A stretch of DNA of 64,000 nucleotides, taken from the NCBI GenBank assembly GCA_937875785.1, contig CALEGV010000048.1, positions 10,593 to 74,592 on the forward strand, written 5' to 3'. Under the pieces are notes generated by a model that saw only the letters and a list, made by a program, of their open reading frames with translations, ran no database searches and was not told the DNA's origin. Positions 40,068 through 49,520 of the stretch are shown piece by piece. Positions within the stretch are counted from its first letter, which is position 1. Each line of letters starts with the position of its first letter. The DNA is from an uncultured Mollicutes bacterium. GTDB taxonomy: Bacteria > Bacillota_I > Bacilli_A > ML615J-28 > CAG-313. A program made the translations under genes and the position numbers.

Positions 40068-40136
40068 TTGCATTATTTAATTGCTTATAGTTATTCATAA
40101 TAATAAAAATAGATAAATCCTATTTTGGTGATAAAT

Positions 40137-40170
40137 AAAACCTGTTCATTAAAAACGAACAGGTTTTTAT
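40137..40170 (+). terminator. Rho-independent terminator after rlmD
   Basis: AAAACCTGTTC-attaaaaac-GAACAGGTTTTT. Confidence 0.75.
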
Positions 40171-40231
40171 GTATTTATCCTTTCTTTTTTTTACAAAATA
40201 TGATATAATAATTAAAAATATGAGGTGTACT

Positions 40232-40795
40232 ATGAAAACATATCAAAACATGTTAAATCAAATTCGTAGGTATTTACCCACCACTCCTTTAGAAGTGGAA
40301 GATCAGAAATTGATGTTGGATTATATAAAAGCATATGGTAAAAAAGCATATGATAGAAACTCACTTGCTGCACATATGACTGCATCTGCGATTGTGGTAA
40401 ATCAAACTCATGATAAGGTACTTTTTGCATATCATTTAATTTATCAGTCTTATGGATGGCTTGGCGGTCATGCTGATGGAGAGTTTGATTTAGAGTCAGT
40501 TGCCAAAAGAGAAGCCATGGAAGAATCTGGGATTTCTGAGATAAATTTACTTTATCCTGCCATTGCCTCACTTGAAGTGATTCATGTTGGCCATCATATC
40601 AAACGAAACACAATTATTTCTGATCATTTGCATTTAAATGTTTCCTATTTGTTTGAAGCAGATGATACATTACCTATTTCGATAAAAGAGGATGAAAATT
40701 CTTCTATTGCTTGGATTCCGATAACAGAAATTGATAAAGTAGTAACCGAAGAAAGAATGATTGAAATATATCAAAAGATATTAAAGAGAATATGA
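40232..40795 (+). CDS. NUDIX hydrolase
   Basis: Nudix box GGHADGEFDLESVAKREAMEESGI. ATG 40232 follows TGAGGTG. The 40169 track start lies inside the upstream terminator. Confidence 0.7.
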   Translation: MKTYQNMLNQIRRYLPTTPLEVEDQKLMLDYIKAYGKKAYDRNSLAAHMTASAIVVNQTHDKVLFAYHLIYQSYGWLGGHADGEFDLESVAKREAMEESGISEINLLYPAIASLEVIHVGHHIKRNTIISDHLHLNVSYLFEADDTLPISIKEDENSSIAWIPITEIDKVVTEERMIEIYQKILKRI

Positions 40796-41832
40796 TGGAA
40801 ATAGACACAGAAAAAATAATTGATTGGTTTTTAAATCATAAAAGAAAACTTCCTGGGCGTGATATTACTGATCCATATCCTATTTGGATTAGTGAAATAA
40901 TGGCACAACAAACAAGAATGGAAGCAGTAAAACCATATTATGAGCGCTTTTTAAAAGAATTACCTACGATAAAAAGTTTGGCTTTAGTACAAGAAGATAA
41001 ATTACTAAAACTTTGGGAAGGACTTGGTTATTATTCAAGAGCTAGGAACTTGCAACATGCCGCAAAAACAATTATGGAAAAATATCAAGGTATTTTTCCA
41101 AGAACATATGAGGAAACTATTCAATTGAAAGGAATAGGAGAATATACTGCTGGTGCCATTTTATCTAGAGCATATGGACTACCTTATGCAGCAGTAGATG
41201 GAAATGTTCTGCGAGTTTTAACAAGATATGAGGCAAATTCAGTAGATATTTCGTTAATGAGTACAAAAAGGTATTATAAAAACCAATTGGAATTACTTAA
41301 ACCGAGCAATTTTGGTTTTTTCAATGAATCTTTGATGGAACTTGGAGCTACAATATGTGGTCCTAAAGTTGTCAAATGTGATAGTTGTCCATTAAAAAAT
41401 AAGTGTAAATCTTATGCACAAAATAGTGTGATGATGTATCCTGTGAAATCAAAACAAAAGAAAATAACAATACATGAATATACATGTTTTTTCTTACTAG
41501 ATGAAAATCAACACATTTATTTTGAATATAAAGAAGAGGGGCTATTAAAGGGATTGTATTCTCCATATGTTGTAGAAGAGACTTTATCAGAAATAGATGC
41601 TTATACATATTTGGAAAAAAAGGGGATACAAGTCAAGGATATTGTTTCTTTACAGGAGCAAAAACATATTTTCACACATCAGGTGTGGTATATGAAAGGA
41701 CATATCGTATATATCAAAGATAAAGAAAATTTAATGGGAAGCTTTTATTCTAAAGAGGAAATAGAAAATACAATTGGTATTTCAACATGTTTCCGTAAAT
41801 TTTTTAAAGAAATATATAATCTCTTGTACTAA
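40792..41832 (+). CDS. mutY: Adenine DNA glycosylase MutY
   Basis: HhH-GPD (IWISEIMAQQTR, GLGYYSRARNL, GIGEYTAGAI), an FeS loop (C-x6-C-x2-C-x5-C) and a C-terminal Nudix-like domain. 4-nt overlap with the upstream Nudix gene. Confidence 0.85.
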   Translation: MMEIDTEKIIDWFLNHKRKLPGRDITDPYPIWISEIMAQQTRMEAVKPYYERFLKELPTIKSLALVQEDKLLKLWEGLGYYSRARNLQHAAKTIMEKYQGIFPRTYEETIQLKGIGEYTAGAILSRAYGLPYAAVDGNVLRVLTRYEANSVDISLMSTKRYYKNQLELLKPSNFGFFNESLMELGATICGPKVVKCDSCPLKNKCKSYAQNSVMMYPVKSKQKKITIHEYTCFFLLDENQHIYFEYKEEGLLKGLYSPYVVEETLSEIDAYTYLEKKGIQVKDIVSLQEQKHIFTHQVWYMKGHIVYIKDKENLMGSFYSKEEIENTIGISTCFRKFFKEIYNLLY

Positions 41833-41985
41833 ATTAATTTAATTCTCCCTTATTTAAAAAGAAGAAATGAAAATAGTTTATAGTAAAATCTATTCTTCTA
41901 ATTTAATGTTCAATTAGAATGCACTTTTTTACATAATTTTTTGTATAATTATATATAAAGCTTTTGTGAAATAGGAGTGTATATA

Positions 41986-43305
41986 ATGAAGAAAAAAGTG
42001 TTTATATTATTTATATTTTTAGTAGTATCGTTTAGTCTTGAGTCCTGTACAAATTCTAATAAATATGCAGTAAAACATGCAGCAGATAAGATGGAATTGT
42101 CATATAATAGTGATAAAGAAGTAGGATATCAAGATTTTTTAAATAAACTTGATAATTTTGCTTTGAAATTAACTTTTCAAATTTATAATGATAGTGATAA
42201 AAGTGCAAATATCTGCATTTCTCCAGTATCTGTTTATATGGCTCTTGCTCTTGCCACTGAATGCTCAAATGGAAAAACAAGAGAAGAAATATTAAATGCT
42301 GTAGGCGTAACATATGAAGAGGTAAAAGTGTTTACTAAATATTTATATGCTTATGCAAATAAAGAATATTATTACGAAAATGTATTTGGAAAAGATAAAA
42401 TTTGTGCTTTTGAAGAACTATCTAATTCAATTTGGATAAATGATACCACTGAACTTTTAGATATTGGTGTAAATTCTCTTGCAAATAATTATAATTGCGA
42501 CATCTTTAAGGTTCCATTCTTAAAAAGAACATCTACTGCTTCAAAAACAATTCAAAAATATATCAAAAATAAAACACATGGTTTAATTGATAGTCATTTT
42601 GAATTTTCTCCTGAAACACTAGTTGCATTAATTAACACATTTTATTTAAAAGAAATTTGGAATAAAGATGGTGATGAATTAACATTTACTACTGATTATT
42701 ATGATTTTGTAAATGATGATGGTAGTATAAAGAAGACAAAACTGCTTAATGGTTATTATATTCAAGGTAAAGCATATACTGAAGAATCTTTTTCATCATT
42801 TTATGTAGAAACGAATCACGGATTCCAGATAAAATTTATTCTTCCAAGCGAGGGATATAGTTTAGAAGAGGTGTTTATAACTGAAAATCTAGCAAAAATA
42901 AATCACATTAGCGATTATGGTTACATTGATCATGAAAATAAGCAATTACATTATACTAGAGCCTTATTCCCAGAATTCAAATCTTCTTTTGATGAGGATA
43001 TTGCGAATGTTTTGAAAAAAGATTTTGGAATAATCTCATTATTTTCTTCTGAATGTGACTTTTCAAATATAACATTAGAATCGGTATATTGTAGTAGCGT
43101 TATTCATAAATGTTCACTTGAGGTAAATAAAAAAGGAATTGAAGGAGCAGCTGTTACGATAATGCCTATGTGTGGTGAATCAGGACCAATTGAGGAAAGT
43201 TACATAAAAGTATATCATGACTTTGTTGTGAATAAAGCGTTTGGATTTGTTGTTACTGATACGGATAATACTATATTATTTTCAGGTGTTGTAAATCAGA
43301 TTTAA
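41986..43305 (+). CDS. Lipoprotein serpin (serine protease inhibitor family)
   Basis: Lipobox FSLESC. Serpin breach/shutter-like ICISPVSVYMALALA, a hinge-RCL (KKGIEGAAVTIMPMCGES) and a C-terminal FGFVVTDTDNTILFSGVV signature. Confidence 0.65.
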   Translation: MKKKVFILFIFLVVSFSLESCTNSNKYAVKHAADKMELSYNSDKEVGYQDFLNKLDNFALKLTFQIYNDSDKSANICISPVSVYMALALATECSNGKTREEILNAVGVTYEEVKVFTKYLYAYANKEYYYENVFGKDKICAFEELSNSIWINDTTELLDIGVNSLANNYNCDIFKVPFLKRTSTASKTIQKYIKNKTHGLIDSHFEFSPETLVALINTFYLKEIWNKDGDELTFTTDYYDFVNDDGSIKKTKLLNGYYIQGKAYTEESFSSFYVETNHGFQIKFILPSEGYSLEEVFITENLAKINHISDYGYIDHENKQLHYTRALFPEFKSSFDEDIANVLKKDFGIISLFSSECDFSNITLESVYCSSVIHKCSLEVNKKGIEGAAVTIMPMCGESGPIEESYIKVYHDFVVNKAFGFVVTDTDNTILFSGVVNQI

Positions 43306-43587
43306 AATATGTATTATGTATGAATATTATGTTTACAAAAGCACTTCTATATAAAAGAAGTGCTTTTAAACATTTAATAACAGAAAATAAAGGAATCATT
43401 GTAAAAATTATACATATACTTGACAAAAAATGTAAAAAAATGTATAATGAGAGTGAGTTTTGGGGGAGCAAGTAATTTATTGTTAAAGTAACAAAAAGCA
43501 AAAGGGTATTTATTTTAACCAATATTCTATTGTGTTACCTTCTTAACTCATAAGACACAAAATCATATGAACAGGAGGGTAAAATAT

Positions 43588-44829
43588 ATGAAAAGTGTTA
43601 AGAAAATATTTTTTGCTTTTTTTGCATTAGTAGGTCTTGTACTAATCAATGGTAAAGCAAATGTGAAAGCTAGTGAACCAGTAGCAACACCATGGTTTAT
43701 CACTTTCAGTAATGGAACAGTTGTAAATATAAAAGAAGGAGATATGGGATTTACAACGTTAGCTGATAGTTTTACGGTAAGTTATTTTGATGCAACAGGA
43801 GCAACCACAGGTGGATATTTTGATCTCTGGGGTGATACAAGAATGATCGAAGCGTTTTTACCATATGTGCATAACGAGTATTTAGCCAATGGCGAAAGTA
43901 TGACTTTAAATTATGGTGGAAGTTTAGAATTTAAATATTATCAAGACGTAAATGAAAGTGGAATTCCAACTAATCCAGTATCATATCAATTAGTGGTTCA
44001 TCGTTCAATTTTAACAAGTAATAGAATAAGTACAAACGTTGTGGAAGGAAAAGACTATTATGACTATGTATACTTTGATGATGCTGATGATCTTTGGAAT
44101 CGTTTAAATACTGTAGTTTGGGAAATAGAAAATTATACAACAGGAGAATCAAGACGTGCATATACTTATTTTAGCATTTATGAAGCAGGCGAATATTGCG
44201 TAACCGCATATGATACTAAGTATGATAAAACTTTAACATATGATTTTGTAATTGATAATGCTTTACCAGTTATAACTTTAAAAGAAGTGGACTGGATGGA
44301 TGAGAGTCCATTAACAAGTGCGAATAACATTACAACAAAAGGTGTAAAAGTAGTATGTAGTGATAATGAAGGTATCGAGTCAATTGTATATAGATATAAG
44401 AGATTCACAGCTAATTATGTGGAAGAAAGAGAACTTGAAAATGGTTTCACATTCTATCGAAAAGGTGAATATCAAATTATAGTAACAGATGTTGCTGGAA
44501 ATGTTTCAACTGAAAGTTTCATTATCAATAATTTTGGAATTACCCCAGATCCAGTAGGTGCTACTACTGTGGGAACTGAAGTAACTCAAAATGGTGGAAA
44601 ACGTGGTGGTGTAACTCTAAGTGTTGGGTATACAAGATGCTTATATTTAGATGGAGATGCACCTAGTCAATCAAGATTAGCTTATACATTTACATCATCT
44701 GATACAAGTATTGCAACAGTAAGTGCATATGGAACAGTTGAAGCAAAATCTGCTGGAACTGTCGTTATTACTTGTACATATAAGAATGATCCAACTAAAG
44801 TTTCAAAGATTATTCTCGAAGTTAAATAA
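43588..44829 (+). CDS. Secreted protein with Ig-like domain and C-terminal Big_2 domain
   Basis: Signal peptide ending VKA. VIDNALPVITLKEV domain start. C-terminal TFTSSDTSIATVSAYGTVEAKSAGTVVITCTY, a Big_2 signature. GGAGGG RBS. Confidence 0.55.
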   Translation: MKSVKKIFFAFFALVGLVLINGKANVKASEPVATPWFITFSNGTVVNIKEGDMGFTTLADSFTVSYFDATGATTGGYFDLWGDTRMIEAFLPYVHNEYLANGESMTLNYGGSLEFKYYQDVNESGIPTNPVSYQLVVHRSILTSNRISTNVVEGKDYYDYVYFDDADDLWNRLNTVVWEIENYTTGESRRAYTYFSIYEAGEYCVTAYDTKYDKTLTYDFVIDNALPVITLKEVDWMDESPLTSANNITTKGVKVVCSDNEGIESIVYRYKRFTANYVEERELENGFTFYRKGEYQIIVTDVAGNVSTESFIINNFGITPDPVGATTVGTEVTQNGGKRGGVTLSVGYTRCLYLDGDAPSQSRLAYTFTSSDTSIATVSAYGTVEAKSAGTVVITCTYKNDPTKVSKIILEVK

Positions 44830-44852
44830 AAACGCTTATTGATGTTTCCTTT

Positions 44853-44876
44853 GAGGGGAGTTATCCCCTCTTTTTA
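44853..44876 (+). terminator. Rho-independent terminator
   Basis: GAGGGGA-gtta-TCCCCTC followed by TTTTT. Confidence 0.75.
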
Positions 44877-45168
44877 AAAAATTGCATCACAAAAATAGAA
44901 AAATGATGAAATTATTAGAAGTTACAGAATTAAAATGCTTATTCATTGAAGAATATACAAATATCGTGTATGGAACTTCCTAAAAATTATTTGGATAGTA
45001 AAGATATCACTAGAGAGGATTTGTAACAAGAATCAGAAGGGAATAAAAGCGATTATTATACTTAAAGATTAAGTAAGGGGCAATTTTTTAAAGAGTTATG
45101 TTGAAGAAGCATATAGCAATGATATTGAATTTTGGAAAAATGGTTTGGTAAACACTATTATACTAATA

Positions 45169-45226
45169 TAAAAGGGAAAAAATATTCTAAAATGTAAAAC
45201 ATTTTGAATTATTTCTTCCCTTTTTG
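45169..45226 (-). terminator. Possible terminator of XRE gene A (minus strand)
   Basis: Long compound hairpin AAAAGGGAA...TTCCCTTTT with an inner AAAATGT-aaa-ACATTTT. U-rich on the minus strand. Confidence 0.35.
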
Positions 45227-45267
45227 TTTATGCTATTGGTAAACTTATCTTCTAGTTTTATCCCTTT

Positions 45268-45555
45268 TTATAAATCTCTTATCGCCTTATTGATGATTTC
45301 AATTGCACGCTCAATATCACCTTTAATACTTCTGTCATTAATTTCAATATCATCTTTTATTCCAGCAATATAATCAATACTTACATTAAACATCAATGAT
45401 AATTTTATTAAAATGCCAATTGTAGGTTCATATTCGCCATTTTCATATCTTGATAATGTTCTTTCACTGATGTCCAATTTTTTTGCAAGTTGTGCTCTTG
45501 TCAAGTCATTATCCTCACGTAAATCTTTAATTCTTTTGTTCCAAAACATAAACAA
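45268..45555 (-). CDS. XRE-family HTH transcriptional regulator (small, HTH-only)
   Basis: 95 aa. LTRAQLAKKLDISERTLSRYENGEYEPTIGILIKLSLMFNVSIDYI, a Cro/C1-type HTH. Confidence 0.75.
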   Translation of the reverse strand: MFMFWNKRIKDLREDNDLTRAQLAKKLDISERTLSRYENGEYEPTIGILIKLSLMFNVSIDYIAGIKDDIEINDRSIKGDIERAIEIINKAIRDL

Positions 45556-45780
45556 CGACTCCTTTGTCTTTTTTTTAATTATTATAACCTAAATTGGCAT
45601 AAATCATTAAAAATCGGTCAAAAGTGTTTGTGTTGATATTTATAAGACAAAAATGTCGATAGAGTAAGTCCTATTTAAAAAATCACAAATAGAAATAACA
45701 AGAGATAGATTCATAGATACATCATACACAATTTCAATAAACAAATCAATAAAGTTATGGATGAGAAATTACATCGCTCC

Positions 45781-45813
45781 AAATAAAAAACCATAGTAAT
45801 TATCAACTATGGT
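45781..45813 (-). terminator. Terminator of XRE gene B (minus strand)
   Basis: Minus-strand reading ACCATAG-ttgataatta-CTATGGT followed by TTTTTTATTT, 8 nt past the stop. Confidence 0.5.
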
Positions 45814-45821
45814 GCACATTT

Positions 45822-46103
45822 TTAAAGGTCTTTCATTACTTTAGACAAGATTGTTATGGCTTGTTCAATATCATCCTTTACGTCGTTTCCATATTGCTTT
45901 GTTTCATCATTTAAATCACAAATATAATCTGTGGTAACACCGAAGACAATCGCCAATTGAATTAACACATTGAGGTTTGGTTCAGCCTCTCCTCTTTCAT
46001 ATCTAGTAATAGTTCTGGAACTTACACCAATGAGTTTAGCAAGTTGTTCTTTCGTTAATTCGTGGTCTATTCTTAAATCTCTTATCCGTTTATTCCAAGA
46101 CAT
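45822..46103 (-). CDS. XRE-family HTH transcriptional regulator, paralog of 45268-45555
   Basis: 93 aa, about 50% identical to the neighbour (LTKEQLAKLIGVSSRTITRYERGEAEPNLNVLIQLAIVFGVTTDYI). Confidence 0.75.
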   Translation of the reverse strand: MSWNKRIRDLRIDHELTKEQLAKLIGVSSRTITRYERGEAEPNLNVLIQLAIVFGVTTDYICDLNDETKQYGNDVKDDIEQAITILSKVMKDL

Positions 46104-46648
46104 AATGTGACTCCTTTGCCCCTTTTTTTAATATTATAACCTAATTTGGCTTAATTTCGACAAAAACGGCCAAAATAGGTAAAATGATGATAATAAAGAG
46201 ACAAAACTGTCAATTATAAAAGACGTATTGAAACTATATTTTCAATTCCGCTTTCAATCATTCGCAACGTTGTATTCTTATTGTTATTTTCAATAATTTT
46301 GGCCAATATTGTAGGAGTAACTGGTATATTCTGGGTAGCACCAATTTGCTGATAGTTTATCTATACTCGTCACTTTACTTGTCTTCATATTGATTTAAAA
46401 AAAATGAAATGATGAAACGAAATACGACAAATGCAATGTTAGAAAAGAAATAAAATGAAAACGAAAGATGAAATGTAACAACATTATCGTATGAAAAATA
46501 AAAGAACTTTACCAAAGACAAATTCATACGAATATGTTATAATCTTTTTAAAAGCGGTGAAGATAGGATTGGTTTTCATAAGAAAGTCATGCGGAATGGT
46601 TCATCATTCAATGCGATGAAAGAAGAACAATATGAAAAGGGAAGAACA

Positions 46649-48157
46649 ATGGAAAAGCAAAAAACATATATTTGTATTGATTTAAAATCGTTTTATGCAT
46701 CTGTTGAATGCATAAAACGAGGTCTCGATCCTCTGCATACACATCTCGTTGTAGCGGATGCTAGTAGAACAGAAAAGACAATTTGTCTTGCTGTATCACC
46801 ATCACTGAAATCATATGGAATACCAGGAAGGGCAAGATTATTTGAAGTAATTGAAAAAGTAAAAAAAATCAATCAACAACGATTACGTATGCTTAGACAT
46901 AATGGGAAAGGGATATATGCATTTATTGGAAAATCATATTTGAATAATGAAATTATTGAAAATGATGCATTAGAATTGGATTATCTTGTTGCAACTCCAA
47001 ATATGCAATATTATATTGATGTAAGTACCAAAATTTACAATATATACTTAAAATATATTGCTAAAGAAGACATACACGTATATTCAATTGATGAAGTATT
47101 TATGGATGTGACCAACTATTTAAACACATATGGATTGACAGCGGTCGAACTAGCTAAAAAAATAATTCAAGATGTGTTGAATGAGACTGGTGTGACTGCG
47201 ACATCTGGTATTGGTAGTAATCTCTATCTCGCCAAGGTTGCAATGGATATTGTTGCAAAACATATTGATGTGGATAATGATGGGTTACGAATTGCAATGT
47301 TAGATGAGAAAACGTATCGGAAGTTATTATGGGATCATGAACCACTTACTGATTTTTGGCGAATAGGTAGAGGATATATGAACCGCCTTCATTTACTAGG
47401 AATGTATACAATGGGAGATATTGCCCGATGTTCTATTGAAAATGAAGATAAATTATATACGGAGTTTGGTATAAATGCGGAACTTTTGATAGATCATGCG
47501 TGGGGGTATGAACCAGTTACCATTGATATCATAAAAAAATATAAGCCAATTGCCAAATCTTTAGGAACTGGCCAAGTATTACAATATCCATATCCTTTTC
47601 AAAAAGCAAGAACAATAGTAAAAGAAATGGTAGACTTACTTGTTCTAGATCTTGTGGATAAAAGATTGCTTGCCAATACATTTGTTTTAACAATTGGATA
47701 TGATATTGGAAATTTAAAACATAAAGAGATACTATCAGATGATGAAAGAGAAATCACCATTGATGATTTGGGAAGAAAAATTCCGAAACATGCTCATGGG
47801 ACTACATGTTTTGAAAGATATACTTCTTCGACAAAAATGATTACAAAAGGTGTAATAGAATTATATGATAAGATTGTTGATAAATCCTTATTCATCAAAC
47901 GAATCAATCTTTCTGCCTATGGGATTATTAGTGAGGTAGATTATAATAAAAAACCGAGGTTTGAGCAACTCAGTTTATTTGATTTTGAAGATAATAGCAA
48001 GGAAAGTGTAGATTTTGACAAAGAAAGAAAAACTCAAGAGGCCATTATCAAAATAAAAAAGAAATATGGAAAAAATGCAATTCTTAAAGGAATGGACTTG
48101 GAAGATGGTGCAACAACTATAGAAAGGAATAAGCAAATTGGAGGACACAAAGCGTGA
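46649..48157 (+). CDS. Y-family (DinB/UmuC-type) DNA polymerase
   Basis: YICIDLKSFYASVE...VVADASRTEKTICLAVSPSLKSYGIPGRARLFE, the Y-family palm motifs, then fingers, thumb and little-finger regions. Start 46649 chosen over 46589. Confidence 0.8.
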   Translation: MEKQKTYICIDLKSFYASVECIKRGLDPLHTHLVVADASRTEKTICLAVSPSLKSYGIPGRARLFEVIEKVKKINQQRLRMLRHNGKGIYAFIGKSYLNNEIIENDALELDYLVATPNMQYYIDVSTKIYNIYLKYIAKEDIHVYSIDEVFMDVTNYLNTYGLTAVELAKKIIQDVLNETGVTATSGIGSNLYLAKVAMDIVAKHIDVDNDGLRIAMLDEKTYRKLLWDHEPLTDFWRIGRGYMNRLHLLGMYTMGDIARCSIENEDKLYTEFGINAELLIDHAWGYEPVTIDIIKKYKPIAKSLGTGQVLQYPYPFQKARTIVKEMVDLLVLDLVDKRLLANTFVLTIGYDIGNLKHKEILSDDEREITIDDLGRKIPKHAHGTTCFERYTSSTKMITKGVIELYDKIVDKSLFIKRINLSAYGIISEVDYNKKPRFEQLSLFDFEDNSKESVDFDKERKTQEAIIKIKKKYGKNAILKGMDLEDGATTIERNKQIGGHKA

Positions 48158-48582
48158 ACAATAAAGACTATAGCGATATCATTGATTTACCACATCATGT
48201 ATCAAAAAACAGAACTCCTATGTCCTTATATAATAGAGCAGCCCAGTTTGCACCATTTTCTGCTCTTCATGGATATGAAGAAGCACTGACTGAAATATCA
48301 AGACAAACAAGTGAAAAGGTTTGTTTGAGTGATACTCAAATAGATGACATTGCTTTTAAAATTCAAATTTTGAAAGAACATTTTAAAGAACAAAATGAAG
48401 TAACGATTAAATATTTTCAAAAAGATAAAAGCAAAGAGGGGGGGATCTATGTTATAATAACTAGTAAAATAAAGAAATTTGATGATTATCACCAAACAAT
48501 TGTATTAGTTAGTAATGAAATAATTCATTTAAATGATGTTGTAGATATTTCTTCTCCTCTTTTTTCAAAAATGCATATATAA
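48154..48582 (+). CDS. Possible YolD-like accessory protein of the Y-family polymerase
   Basis: 142 aa. GTG overlaps the polymerase stop (GTGA). AAQFAPFSALHGYEEAL resembles the YolD-like (W/F)APFASxPE core. Placement matches uvrX-yolD or yqjW-yqjX pairs. Confidence 0.4.
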   Translation: MNNKDYSDIIDLPHHVSKNRTPMSLYNRAAQFAPFSALHGYEEALTEISRQTSEKVCLSDTQIDDIAFKIQILKEHFKEQNEVTIKYFQKDKSKEGGIYVIITSKIKKFDDYHQTIVLVSNEIIHLNDVVDISSPLFSKMHI

Positions 48583-48615
48583 AAATATAGAATAACACGG
48601 AGGTAAAAGCAAGAA

Positions 48616-49437
48616 ATGAATAAAGTTAAATTGTATCAAAATGGTAGTGAATTTTATCAAGATAATACATTTATATTGGACGAATATCCTTTAGATACAT
48701 CGTTTATGTTGTTGAATAGTAAAACTCTCTCAGAGTTTAGTAAAGAGTCATATGCATTTAAAGCATACAATGATAAGAGTTATTTACTTGTACTTAGACT
48801 TGCACCATTTGCAACTGTGGTATTTGGAGATAAAAATTTATGTGCTGAAGCAGTCAAGACTGTTATAAAGTATAACTTAAATGTTAATAAAATGCTCACT
48901 TCAAAAGATTTGTATATTACATTTTATGATTTATACATCAAAAAAATGGCTGGAAGTTATCTTGTCCATCACGAAATGGATATTATGTTTGCGACAAATT
49001 GTAATGATGTGGATACATCAATGGTTAAGAGGGCAAGTAGTTTGGATATAAATAAAATACTTGTTTTAGAAGAGATGTTTTCTAAAGAGATTGATATGGA
49101 TAATGGGTTGACCAAAACAGAACGAATTAAGAAAATAGAAACATCTATTCACGACTATTATTATGTAGAAAGGGATAATCAAATTGTTTCTATTGCTAAA
49201 AAAACTAGAAACGAGGAGAAAATTTGTGCGATTAGTTGTGTATATACAAAACCAGAATACAGGCGTTTTGGATACTCAAGAAAAGTAGTAACTCAGATTA
49301 CCAAGGAAATCCTTAATGAGCATAAAATTGCCTATCTTTATGTGGATAAGAAAAATCCCATATCTAATCACTTATACACTTCAATTGGTTATAACTATGG
49401 AAATGCAAAATATGAAGTAAGTTATTCTAAAAAGTAA
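48616..49437 (+). CDS. GNAT-family acetyltransferase
   Basis: C-terminal motif A CVYTKPEYRRFGYSRKVVTQI. GGAGG RBS. Confidence 0.55.
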   Translation: MNKVKLYQNGSEFYQDNTFILDEYPLDTSFMLLNSKTLSEFSKESYAFKAYNDKSYLLVLRLAPFATVVFGDKNLCAEAVKTVIKYNLNVNKMLTSKDLYITFYDLYIKKMAGSYLVHHEMDIMFATNCNDVDTSMVKRASSLDINKILVLEEMFSKEIDMDNGLTKTERIKKIETSIHDYYYVERDNQIVSIAKKTRNEEKICAISCVYTKPEYRRFGYSRKVVTQITKEILNEHKIAYLYVDKKNPISNHLYTSIGYNYGNAKYEVSYSKK

Positions 49438-49456
49438 GTTTTTTATATTGTATTTT

Positions 49457-49485
49457 TTGTAAAAATATCCATTTTATGGTATACT
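49457..49485 (+). promoter_or_regulatory. Promoter of the Fe-ADH gene
   Basis: TTGTAA, a 17-nt spacer, and TGgTATACT (extended -10). Confidence 0.4.
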
Positions 49486-49520
49486 ATATTTGTAAAAAGT
49501 TGGCCAAAGGAGGTAAAAAA

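Noticed and set aside
46525-46545. LexA (Cheo) box upstream of the Y-family polymerase.
   Set aside because: The sequence ACGAATATGTTAT matches only GAA...TT of CGAAC-N4-GTTCG. It is more likely the -10 region/operator of a non-LexA regulator.
48616-49437. GNAT as a toxin of a GNAT-RHH toxin-antitoxin pair.
   Set aside because: At 273 aa it is larger than AtaT/TacT-type toxins, and no small antitoxin ORF is adjacent.
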